Shown: piece after piece, positions 26,477-37,389 of the stretch
Layout: each line of letters starts with the position of its first letter
How positions within the stretch are numbered: position 1 is the first letter of the stretch
Assembly: GCA_030390025.1 (NCBI GenBank)
Contig: CM059432.1
Span: 109,060,001 to 109,124,000 of the forward strand
Direction: 5' to 3'
DNA from: Squalus acanthias
Lineage: Eukaryota
DNA length: 64,000 bases
Translations under genes and position numbers: made by a program
The notes under the pieces: model-generated
Database searches by the model: none
Told to the model about the DNA's origin: nothing
What the model saw: only the letters and a program-made list of their open reading frames with translations

Positions 26477-27174
26477 TATCAGTTCACTGAGTTTGGGTCT
26501 GCTCCTGTGCACTGCAGCAAACATCTATAGTAACCATCACAGATCCAGAACTAGGAATCGTCTGATAGGTGATCATGCTGGGAGCCACACAAATTCGCAC
26601 AGATCAGTAACCCCTGGGACTATAGTTTTCTATAGTTCATTAATCAATTGTGCTGAATTGCAATAACTGAGGTAGCTGTTGGTCATCGCTAATCCAACAA
26701 TTTGGAAACCTAAAGCTTGTGTGAGCATTGAAGGATGGAGTGTTGTCAAGGATACAGCATCGAAAAGATCCCAGACTCTGTCAAAATCTACTTGCTTATG
26801 TGATATGAAGTGTGGCATTCAAACTTTCTATTTAAGGGATTTGGAGCTGGTCAGGTATTGAAGGAATGTTTTAATTTGTATTGTCTTGATTGAAATCTTG
26901 GCTGGTTGGAATTAGATTAAGAATAAAACATTTGAAGCTGAATAGTTAGAATAGTTAACCTGTCGCTCTCAGTTCTTACCGTTTGCAGAGAGCAGCGCCT
27001 CCATTGCCAGTACACACCACTGGAATAAAAACAGGAGCTGCTCATTGTGAATATCAATTAGTTTTGTTAGAGGATAGTTATAATTTTCTCCTTAAAATAA
27101 TAGGGTTCACAGCATTAAATGTCGGATGTTCACAGATTTATTCAGCATTTATTTAGCCATAGAATTCAAACATT

Positions 27175-30100
27175 GGGAACCTGAGCAGGGAGACAGAGGA
27201 AAGGGAAATAAGGATAAAAGCTAAAGACAGGAAGGAGAAAAACAAAAGTAGAAGGCAAAGAACTCAACGGTTTAAATCAAACATGGTCACAGTAAATAAT
27301 AATTCATATAGGTCTGAGAGCGTTAAAAAAACAAGCCTGAAGGCTTTGTGTCTTAATGCAAGGAGCATTCGGAACAAGGTGGATGAATTAGCTGCGCAAA
27401 CAGAGGTAAATGAATACGATTTGATTGGGATTACAGAAACATGGCTCCAGGGTGGCCAAGGCTGGGAACTCAACATCCAGGGTTATTCAATATTTAGGAA
27501 AGATAGGCAAAAAAGAAAGGGAGGTGGGGTAGCATTGTTGGTTAAAGAGGGGATTAACACAATTGAAAGGAAGGATATTAGCTCTGATGATGCGGAATCT
27601 GTATGGGTAGAACTGAGAAATAACAAGGGGCGGAAAACGTTAGTGGGAGTGGTATATAGACCTCCAAACAGTAATACGGAGGTTGGGGACGGCATTAAAA
27701 GTGAAATTAGAGAAGCATGCAGTAAGGGCACAGCAGTCATCATGGGTGACTTTAATTTACATATAGATTGGGCTAACCAAATTAGTAAAAATACTGTGGA
27801 GGAGGAATTCCTAGAATGTTTACGAGATGGTTTTCTGGAACAATATGTCGAGGAACCAACCAGAGATCAGGCCATCTTAGACTGGGTATTATGCAACGAG
27901 AAAGGATTAATTAGCAATCTTGTTGTACGAGGCCCCTTGAGTCAGAGTGATCATAATATGATAGAATTCTTCATTAGGATGGAGAGTGAAGTAGTTGAAT
28001 CAGAGACTAGGGTCCTAAATTTAAATAAAGGAAACTACGATGGTATGAGGCGCGAATTGGGTAGGATTGATTGGGGAATGTCACTCAAGGGGTTGACGGT
28101 GGATAGGCAATGGCAAACATTCAAAGACTGCATGGATGAACTACAGAATTTGTACATCCCAGTGTGGCATAAGAATAAAACAAAAAGGGTGACTCAACCG
28201 TGGCTAACAAGGGAAATTAGGGATAGCATAAGATCCAAGGAAAGGGCATATAAATTGGCCAGAAAAAGCGGTAGCCCTGAGGATTGGGAGCAGTTTAGGA
28301 TTCAACAAAGGAGGACAAAGGGATTAATTAAGAAGGGGAAAATAGAATATGAAAGTAAGCTTGCTGGGAATATAAAAACTGACTGTAAGAGCTTTTATAG
28401 ATATGTGAAGAGAAAAAGATTAGTGAAATCAAGTGTAGGTCCCTTGCAGTCAGAAGCGGGGGAAGTTATAATGGGGAACAAAGAAATGGCAGCCCAATTA
28501 AATGCATATTTTGGTTCTGTCTTCACAAAGGAGGACACAAATAACGTCCCAGAGATGTTGGAGAACATACGGTCTGATGAAAGGGAGGAACTGAAAGAAA
28601 TCAGTATTTGCAGGGAAATGGTGTTAGGGAAATTGACGGTATTGAAGGCCGATAAATCCCCAGGGCCTGATAATCTACATCCTAGGGTACTTAAGGAAGT
28701 GGCCCTAGAAATAGTAGATGCATTGCTGATCATCTTCCAACATTCGATGGAATCTGGAACTGTACCCATGGATTGGAGGGTAGCTAATGTTACCCCACTA
28801 TTCAAAAAGGGTGGTAGAGAGAAAGCGGGGAATTACAGACCGGGAAGCCTGACATCGGTAGTGGGGAAAATGCTAGAGTCCATTATAAAGGATGTAATAG
28901 CTGAGCATTTGAAAAACAGTGACAGGATCGGACAAAGTCAACATGGATTTACAAAAGGTAAATCGTGCTTGACTAATCTACTGGAATTTTTTGAGGATGT
29001 AACTGGGAAAATAGATAAGGGAGAACCAGTAGATGTGGTGTATTTGGACTTTCAAAAGGCTTTCGATAAGGTCCCGCATAAGAGATTAGCGGGTAAAGTT
29101 AAGGCACATAGGATTGGGGGCAAGGTATTGACTTGGATAGAGAACTGGTTGGCGGAAAGAAAGCAGAGAGTAGGAATTAATGAGTCTTTTTCCGAGTGGC
29201 AAGCAGTGACTAGTGGGGTACCGCAGGGATCGGTCCTTGGACCCCAGCTATTCACAATATACATTAATGATCTAGATAAGGGAATTAAATGTAATATCTC
29301 CAAGTTTGCAGATGACACAAAGCTGGGTGGGAGTGTGTGCAGCGAGGAGGATAGCGAGAAACTCCAGGATGATCTGGACAGGTTGGGTGAGTGGGCAGAA
29401 GCGTGGCAGATGCAATATAACGTGGATAAGTGCGAGGTTATCCACTTTGGTGTCAAAAACAGAAAGGCAGACTATTATCTGAATGGCAATAGATTGGGAG
29501 AAGGGGAAGTGCAACGAGACCTGGGTGTCCTTGTGCACCAGTCGCTGAAAGTAAGCATGCAGGTGCAGCAGGTGGTGAAGAAGGCAAATGGTACGTTGGC
29601 CTTCATAGCGAAAGGGTTTGAGTATAGGAACAGGGATGTCCTGCTGCAGTTGTACAGGGCCTTGGTGAGACCACACCTTGAGTACTGTGTGCAGTTTTGG
29701 TCGCCTTATCTGAGGAAGGATGTTCTTGCCATGGAAGGAGTTCAGCGAAGATTCACAAGGCTGATACCTGGGATGGCAGGAATGACATATGAGGAGAGAT
29801 TGGGTCGATTGGGCTTATACTCACTGGAGTATAGAAGAATGAGAGGGGATCTCATCGAAACATATAAAACTCTGACAGGTCTGGACAAACTAGATGCAGG
29901 AAGAATGTTCCCGATGGTCGGAGAGTCCAGAACCAGGGGTCATAATCTACGGATAACGGGTAAACCATTTAGGACAGAAATGAGGAAGAATTTCTTCACC
30001 CAGAGAGTGGTGAACCTGTGGAATTCTCTACCACAGAAGGTAGTTGAGGCGAAGTCATTAAATATATTCAAGGATGAGTTAGATATATTTCTTAAAGCTA

Positions 30101-30245
30101 AAGGTATCAAGGGATATGGGGAGAAGGCAGGTACAGGTTACTGAGTTTAGATGATCAGCCATGATCTCATCGAATGGCAGAGCAGGCTCGAGGGGCCGAA
30201 TGGCCTACTCCTGCTCCTATCTTCTATGTTTCTATGTTTCTATGT
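27175..30245 (+). mobile_element. CR1 LINE lacking ORF1, with complete ORF2 and 3'UTR
   Basis: ORF2, 3'UTR hairpin and (TTTCTATG)n tail. Confidence 0.95.
27283..30144 (+). CDS. CR1 ORF2: APE-type endonuclease plus reverse transcriptase (953 aa, uninterrupted)
   Basis: NARS, GITETW, GDFN, SDH endonuclease motifs; QGSVLGP and FADD RT motifs. Confidence 0.95.
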   Translation: MVTVNNNSYRSESVKKTSLKALCLNARSIRNKVDELAAQTEVNEYDLIGITETWLQGGQGWELNIQGYSIFRKDRQKRKGGGVALLVKEGINTIERKDISSDDAESVWVELRNNKGRKTLVGVVYRPPNSNTEVGDGIKSEIREACSKGTAVIMGDFNLHIDWANQISKNTVEEEFLECLRDGFLEQYVEEPTRDQAILDWVLCNEKGLISNLVVRGPLSQSDHNMIEFFIRMESEVVESETRVLNLNKGNYDGMRRELGRIDWGMSLKGLTVDRQWQTFKDCMDELQNLYIPVWHKNKTKRVTQPWLTREIRDSIRSKERAYKLARKSGSPEDWEQFRIQQRRTKGLIKKGKIEYESKLAGNIKTDCKSFYRYVKRKRLVKSSVGPLQSEAGEVIMGNKEMAAQLNAYFGSVFTKEDTNNVPEMLENIRSDEREELKEISICREMVLGKLTVLKADKSPGPDNLHPRVLKEVALEIVDALLIIFQHSMESGTVPMDWRVANVTPLFKKGGREKAGNYRPGSLTSVVGKMLESIIKDVIAEHLKNSDRIGQSQHGFTKGKSCLTNLLEFFEDVTGKIDKGEPVDVVYLDFQKAFDKVPHKRLAGKVKAHRIGGKVLTWIENWLAERKQRVGINESFSEWQAVTSGVPQGSVLGPQLFTIYINDLDKGIKCNISKFADDTKLGGSVCSEEDSEKLQDDLDRLGEWAEAWQMQYNVDKCEVIHFGVKNRKADYYLNGNRLGEGEVQRDLGVLVHQSLKVSMQVQQVVKKANGTLAFIAKGFEYRNRDVLLQLYRALVRPHLEYCVQFWSPYLRKDVLAMEGVQRRFTRLIPGMAGMTYEERLGRLGLYSLEYRRMRGDLIETYKTLTGLDKLDAGRMFPMVGESRTRGHNLRITGKPFRTEMRKNFFTQRVVNLWNSLPQKVVEAKSLNIFKDELDIFLKAKGIKGYGEKAGTGY

Positions 30246-30437
30246 TACTGTTCCAACACCCAATTTTTATACCTTTTTTCACCCCTTCTACGTGGCAATT
30301 TGCATGTTTCTGCATTGCCTAATACAATTCCATTTCAGCTGAATTTTAATTAGCTTCTTCCCTTGTCTCTTATCAGTAACTTTAGATCTTTTTCCATAAC
30401 CCCAACCTGGTTACATTCCCTAACTTTGAAGATCTAT

Positions 30438-30738
30438 GGGGGGAGAAAATCGGCATCGCCCCGTTTGGGGCGCAATTATCGGCCGGGCGCAAAGTTTAGC
30501 GCCTGGCGCTAATTATCGCCTCCGACTGCAAACTTTGCTTCTATCGTCACTCAATACCTGTTCCGGGGCGTTGCACACTCGACTGACGTCACGATCTGCG
30601 GGCGCAGGAGAATGTGGTGGTAGTGTTTAGTGCCGCCGCAAAATGTCTGGTCAATTTCGCGAGCGGTGCAAACATCGCTAGTTGCTTTGCGCACCATGGG
30701 CGCTAACGGGAGGTGCAAAGCAACCGAATTTTTCCCCC
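30438..30738. mobile_element. Short GC-rich MITE, Harbinger-like
   Basis: GGGGGAGAAAATCGG / CCGAATTTTTCCCCC termini; left end resembles the 8879 element. Confidence 0.75.
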
Positions 30739-31014
30739 ATGGTCTTTCTCAGGCAGGTCCTTATCTTCAAGGTCTCCCTTCTAATGAAGGAACAAAGGAA
30801 GCTACTCTGCCTGTATGTAGTCATTGGAATATATTTTAATTAGGTTTATTGTCTACACTGACCATTGCGTTAAGGTCTTAATTCAACAGTTCAGTGGTTA
30901 CTGCATCTAAATTGACTTATACTTCCTCACTTAACAGGCAAAAGCTAAAGTTAATATTACTACAATATAAAGAGAAACCAATAGCAGTATAACATTAGCA
31001 CACTTCAAGTCAAT

Positions 31015-31223
31015 AACAACAACTTGCATTTATATAGCACCTTTTCAAGTAGCAAAATGTCCCAATGCACTTCACAGGAACGTTATCAGACAAAATTTGA
31101 CACCAAGTCACATAAGGAAATATTAGGACAGGAAACAGGTAGGTTTTAAGGAGTGACTTAAAGTAGGAGACAGACACAGAGAGGTGGAGTGGTTTAGGGC
31201 GGGAATTCCAGAGCTTAGGGTCT
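31015..31223 (-). mobile_element. L2 3' end; continues at 34798-34930 beyond the RTE insertion
   Basis: CAACAACTTGCATTTATATAGCAC tail; GGGAATTCCAGAGCTTAGGG resumes with CAGCTGAAGGC. Confidence 0.8.
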
Positions 31224-34200
31224 CTTCTTCTTCTTCTTCTCTTCTTAGGCAGTCCCTTCCCAGATGCTTCTCCTCCACTTTGTGCGGTCTTGGCCCAGGG
31301 ATTCCCAGGTGTCGGCGGGGATGTTGCACTTTTTCAAGGAGGCTTTGAGGGTGTCCTTGAAGCATTTCCTCTGCCCACCTGGGGCTCTCCTGCCGTGTTG
31401 GAGCTCCGAGTAGAGCGCTTGTTTTGGGAGTCTCGTATCGGGCATGCGGACAATGTGACCCGTCCATCGGAGCCGATTGAGCATGGTCAAATCTTCGATG
31501 CTGGGGATGTTGGCCTGAGCAAGAACACTGACATTGGTGCGCCTATCCTGCCAATGGATTTGCAGGATCTTGCGGAGGCAGCGTTGGTAGTACCTCTCCA
31601 GTGCTTTGAGGTGCCTGCTGTACATGGTCCATGTCCCTGAAGCATATAGGAGGGCGGGTATCACTACTGCTCTGTAGACCATGAGCTTGGTGCTCGGTTT
31701 GAGGTCCTGGTCTTCAAACACTCTCTTCCTCAGGCGACTGAAGGCTGCACTGGCACACTGAAGGCTGTGTTGGACTTCATCATCAACATCTGCCCTTGTT
31801 GACAGTAGGCTCCCAAGGTATGGAAAGTGGTCCACGTTGTCCAAGGCCTCGTCGTGGATTTTGATAATCGGGGAGCAGTACTGTGTGGCGGGGGCAGGTT
31901 GGTAGAGGACCTTTGTCTTACGGATGTTTTGTGTAAGGCCCATGCTCTCGTACGCTTCGGTGAAGGTGTTGATGATAGTTTGGAGTTCGACCTCAGAGTG
32001 TGTGCAGACGCAAGTGTTGCCTGCATACTGTAATTCGATGACAGAGGATGGGATGACCTTGGATCTGGACTGGAGGCGATGGAGGTTGAACAGTTTCCCG
32101 TTTGTTCTGTAGATTAGCTCCACTCCAGTGGGGAGCTTACTGAGGGTGAGATGGAGCATTGCAGCAAGGAAGATCGAGAAGAGCATTGGTGCGATGACAC
32201 AGCCTTGCTTGACCCTGGTCCGTACGTGAATTGGGTCTGTGGTGGATCCGTTGGTCAGGATCACGGCTTGCGTGTCGTTGTGAAGCAGGCGGAGAATGGT
32301 GACAAACTTTTGAGGGCAGCCGAATTTGAGGAGGACACTCCATAATCCCTCACAGTTGACGGTGTCGAAGGCCTTTGTGAGGTCAATGAAGGCCATGTAC
32401 AGCGGTTGGTGCTGTTCCCTGAATTTCTCTTGTAGTTGACGCGCAGTGAAGATCATGTCCATTGTGCCCCTTAGTGGGCGGAATCCGCATTGCGACTCTG
32501 GGAGGAGCTCTTCAGCCACTGGGAGAAGGCGATTGAGGAGGATTCTTGCGATGACTTTCCCTGTGGCAGACAGCAGGGAGACTCCTCTGTAATTACCGCA
32601 ATCGGACTTGTCACCTTTCTTGAAGATGGTCACGCTTACGGCGTCTCTGAGATCTCCTGGCATGGTCTCCTCCTTCCAAATAAGAGAAATGAGTTCATGT
32701 ATTCACGCCAATAGTGCTTCTCCGCCATGTTTTAGCGCCTCGGCGGGGATTCCTTCTGCTCCTGAGGCCTTGTTGTTCTTCAGTTGTCGGATAGCCTTTT
32801 CAACCTCATGCCATGCTGGGGTTGTGCTGAGGTGGTGGCGGGTGGCATGCTGCGGGATGGAGTTGAGGACACTCGCGTCGAAGACAGAGTCTTGGTTAAG
32901 GAGATCTTCGAAGTGCTCCTTCCAGCGGGCACTGACTGACTGACTCTCCGTCCTTGATGAGTACCTCTCCGTTCTTGGCCCGCAGTGGGGTAGGACATTG
33001 GGTGCTTGGGCCGTAGCTGGTCTTGACTGCACTAAAGAATCCACACATGTCGTGGTTATCGGCTAGCTGCTGGATCTCCTGCGCTTTCTCCACCCACCAT
33101 CTGTTCTTTAGGACGCGAGTTTTTTGTTGGACCTCGGCCTTCAGGCGTCTGTAGAGCTGCTTTCTTGCTCTCGAGTTCTGTTGCTGTTTCCAGATCAGGA
33201 ATGCCTTGCGCTTGTGGCTTATTAGCTCCTGGATCCCCTGGTCATTCTCGTCGAACCAGTCTTGGTGCTTCCTGGTCGAGTGACCGAGCGTCTCTTCACA
33301 GGTGCTGATTATGGAGGCCTTGAGTGCAGACCAGGCGCTGTGGACACTCTGTGTCTCTGAATCACTGGGAGTTGTCAGGTTGGTTGTGAGGCGCAGGCTG
33401 AATAGGGCGTTCTTAGCGGGGTCTTTGAGTGCTCCAGCGTTGATTTTCCTGCGGCATTGTTTCTGTTGCTGCCGCTGTTTTGGGGCTACATTGATGGAGA
33501 TGACAGAGTGGATTAGGCAGTGGTCTGTCCAGCAGTCGTCAGCTCCTGTCATGGCGCGAATGATGTGGACGTCCTTGCGGTCCCTCGCTCGGACAATGAC
33601 GTAGTCCAGCAGAAGCCAGTGCTTGGAGCGAGGGTGTTGCCATGAAGCCTTGTACTTGTCTCTCTGACGGAACAAGGTGTTGGTTATGACAGGGCCATGT
33701 TCTAAGCATTTCGTCAGGAGGAGTGTAACGTTGGAGTTGGCTTTCCCTACCCCTTCTCTGCCAATCACACCTCCCCAGAAGTCTGTGTCCTTTCCAACTC
33801 TGCCGTTAAAGTCACCAAGGAGGATCAGCTTGTCGCCCGTTGGGACTCAGGACAGGGATTGTTTGAGGCTGGAGTAGAATTCCTCTTTGGCTTCCAGTGT
33901 TGGGGAGTACACACTGATGACCGTAGCGCACTGGTTCCGGGCTAGGGTGAGGCGTTCGTTTATTCCACAAGGAGAGTCTCTGAGACGTTCAACTAGCTAA
34001 TTTTTTATGCTGAAGCCTACCCCATAGAGGCGGCGTTCTTCTTCGGGTTTCCAGAAGAAGGTGTATCCACCGCCTTGCTCCTTGAGCTGGCCTTCCCCTG
34101 CCCGTCGGGTCTTGCTTAGGGCGGTGATGTCTATGTCGAAACGTCTGAGCTCCCGGGTAACGATAGCAGTACGGCGTTCCGGTCTGTCACTGTTGGGGTT

Positions 34201-34797
34201 GTCCATGAGGGCCCTGACATTCCAGGTCCCGAACTTCATTTTAAAGGGTGGAAGATGCCTGTGCGTGAATTCTTTTAACGTGGGGTGGCCGTTGCACACC
34301 AGCTACCACACGGGCTTGACAGAGCAAGGTCTTGGTCCAATGGCAAGGGGATCCAAGACGATTGGAGACCAGGCTCTGCTACATCGGCCTAGCACACACA
34401 CATAAACATACTCCTGCTGTCCTCCTCCCTCCTCTCCGCAGGTCCTCTCTGCCTGGGTTTCATAGGCTGCAGTGTGGTCCTCCTGACCACGCTGCTGGTC
34501 CATGCTGCGCTACTCCTGGGCCTCGTCCTCGCCCCTGGGTCCCGTCCTCGCTCCTGGGACCTCCTTATAGTGTGTCTCCTTCCAACGAGTGTGTCCCGCG
34601 GTGTTTCCTTCCAGTGAGTGTGTCCCGCGGTGTCTCCTTCCAGTGAGTGTGTCCCACGGTGTTTCCTTCCAGTGAGTGTGTCCCGCGGTGTCTCCTTCCA
34701 GTGAGTGTGTCTCTCGGTGTCTCTTTCCAGTGAATGTGTCCCGCGGTGTCTCCTTCCAGTGAGTGTGTCCCGCGGTGCATCTCCTTTCAGTCTAGAC
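31224..34797 (-). mobile_element. Full-length RTE-clade (BovB-like) LINE, frameshifted
   Basis: FGTWNVR endonuclease start, NYRGVSLLS, KQGCVIAP, YADD degraded to YAGN, (GAA)n tail; 12-bp TSD AGCTTAGGGTCT at 31212-31223 and 34798-34809. Confidence 0.93.
34570..34790. repeat. 29-bp tandem array (CCAGTGAGTGTGTCCCGCGGTGTCTCCTT), about 7.5 copies, at the RTE 5' end
   Basis: Direct repetition, inside the TSD. Confidence 0.95.
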
Positions 34798-35429
34798 AGC
34801 TTAGGGTCTAGACAGCTGAAGGCATGGCCACCAATGGTGTGGTGAAGGAATTCAGAGATGCCATAAGAGGCCATAATTAGAGGAATAGAGGGTTTTTGGA
34901 AGGTTCTAGGGCTGGAGGAGATTACAGTGATAGATACAAAGGAATCTTAGAAAAGATACAGATAACTAATCATTACCTGGGGTTTCTTCTGGCATTAGGA
35001 AGATCTAGCATCCAGGGATCTACAGCATCCAGTGCCTAATCAACAAAGAAACACTTACCTCTAATTGACCTCAGTGTGTGCATATTTTGAACAATATAAC
35101 TTGTGGCCTCAAAGGGACATGGTTCCATCTTAGCATCATTATAATACATCAACATTGTCCTTGTAAATTAGTGCATCCTTGTCTTGTTGTGATACCTGTT
35201 AGCTTTCACTATAAGTGATAGTGACTTTACTAAAACAAAAGAAGTGAGTGTTCATTACATCACACTGCAGAGAAGCCAATTCCAGTGTCTCTACCTGCCT
35301 TTAAATTCAGAAAATTATTTTAATTGGAAGTTGTGCAATGTAACACTCTTTTCACTCTCCTCCCAACTTACAAAAAAATGTCAAAATCTGAACTATTGTA
35401 CTTTAAGGAAAGGGTTAATCAGACTGTAA

Positions 35430-36361
35430 TGGCATCTCTTCCCGCTCCCGCACCTTTACCTCTGGAGTCCCCCAAGGATCTATCCTTAGCACCCTCTTAT
35501 TTCTCATCTACATGCAGCCCCTCAGCAACATCATCCAAAGACACAACGCCAGGTTCCATATGTACATCTGACGACACCCAGCTCTACATCACCACCACCT
35601 ATCTCAACCCCTCCACTGCCTTTGTCTTGTCAGACTGATCCAGTCTTGGATGAGTGGAGATTTCCTCCAATTAAACATTGGGAAGACTAAAGCCATTGTC
35701 TTCGGCCTCTGCCACAAACTCTGTTCCCTAGCCATTGATTCCATCCATCTCCCTGGCCACTGTCTCAGGTTGAACTGGACTGTTTGCAACCTCAGCATCC
35801 TATTTGACCCTGAACTGAGCTTCCGACCCCATATCTTCATCGCAAAGACTGCCTACTTCGCCCGTCTCCGCCCCTGTCTCAGCCCATCTGCTGCTGAAAC
35901 CCTCATCCATGCTTTTGTTACCTCCTGACTAGACTATTCCAATGCCCTAATGGCTGGCATTCAATCTTCCAACCTTCATAAATTTTAGCTTGTATCCAAA
36001 CTCACACCAAGTCCCATTTATCCATCACCCCATGCTCACTGACTTACATTGGTCCTGGTCCACCTACGCCTCAAATTTAAAATTCTCATCTCGTGTTCAA
36101 ATCCCTCCATGGCCTTCCCTATCTCTGTAACCTCCTCCAACCCTGCTATCCTCCAAGAACTCTGCATTCTTCCAACGCAGGCCTCTTGTCCATCCCCACT
36201 TCCTTCCCCCAACGATTGGCGGCTATGCCTTCAGCTGTCTAGGCCCTAAGCTCTGAACTTCCCTCCCCAAACCTCCGCCTCTCCTCCTTTAAGATGCTGT
36301 TTAAAACCCACCTCTTTGACCAAACGTTTGGGTGCCTGTCCTAATGTCTCCTTCTTTGGTT
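35430..36361 (+). mobile_element. L2 LINE; tail resumes at 40425-40525
   Basis: LQLNIGKTKAIVFG, AETLIHAFVTS; the tail CGGTGTCAATT...TATAAATGCAAG follows the CR1. Confidence 0.85.
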
Positions 36362-36397
36362 TAAATTTTAGTAATAAAGTAACATAAGGGTTAAGTC

Positions 36398-37342
36398 ATG
36401 ACAGGAAGTCTCGGACCCGTTTCATGCTCCTCCTGTGCCATGTGGGAAACCAGGGACACTTCCAGTGTCCCTGACAACTACGTGTGCGGGAAGTGTGTCC
36501 AGCTGCAGCTCCTGACAGCCCGCATGGCGGTGCTGGAGCTGCGGGTGGACTCACTCTGGAGCATGCACGATGCAGAGAACTCGGTGAATCGCTCATTTAG
36601 TGAGTTGTCCACACCGCAGGTAAAGGCTAGGACAGACAGTGTATGGGTGACCAAGAAGCAGGGCAATATCAGGAAGGTAGTGCAGGAGTCTCCTGTGGTC
36701 ATCTCCCTCCAAAACAGGTATGCCGCTTTGGATACTGTTGGGGGAGATGGCCTACCAGGGGAAGGCACCAGCAGCCAGGTTCATGGCACCATGGCTGGCT
36801 CTGCTGCACAGCAGGGCGGGAAAAAGAGTGGTAGGGCTATAGTGATAGGGGACTCAATTGTAAGGGGAATAGACAGGAGTTTCTGTGGCCGTAACCGAGA
36901 TTCCAGGATGGTATGTTGCCTCCCTGGTGCAAGGGTCAAGGATGTCTCGGAGCGGCTGCAGAACATTCTGAAGAGGGAGGGTGAACAGCCAGCTGTCGTG
37001 GTGCATGTAGGTACCAACGATATAGGTAAAAAGCGGGAAGAGGTCCTACAAGCAGAATTTAGGGAGCTAGGAGCTAAATTAAAAAGTAGGACCTCTAAGG
37101 TAGTAATCTCTGGATTGCTACCAGGGCCACGAGCTAATCAGAATAGAGAGAACAGGATAGTGAGATTGAATACGTGGCTTGAGCAGTGGTGCAGGAGGGA
37201 GGGATTCAAATTCCTGAGGCATTGGAACCAGTTCTAGGGGAAGTGGGACCTGTACAAAAGGGACGGTCTGCACTTGGGCAGGACTGGAACCAATGTCCTC
37301 GGGGTAATATTTGCTAAAGCAGTTCGGGAGGATTTAAACTAA
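36398..37342 (+). pseudogene. CR1 ORF1: CxxC..CxxC zinc finger, leucine zipper and SGNH esterase, with a premature TAG at 37235
   Basis: CSSC/CGKC, IGDS, PGA, VGTND motifs; the same frame continues through RDGLH to TAA at 37340-37342. Confidence 0.9.
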
Positions 37343-37389
37343 TATGGCAGGGGAAGGGGAACCTATGTAGCGAAACAGGGGGAAGTAAT

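Noticed and set aside
34230..34400. HDV-like ribozyme in the 5'UTR of the full-length RTE
   Set aside because: Could not assemble a P1/P2/P3 pseudoknot with J4/2 by eye.
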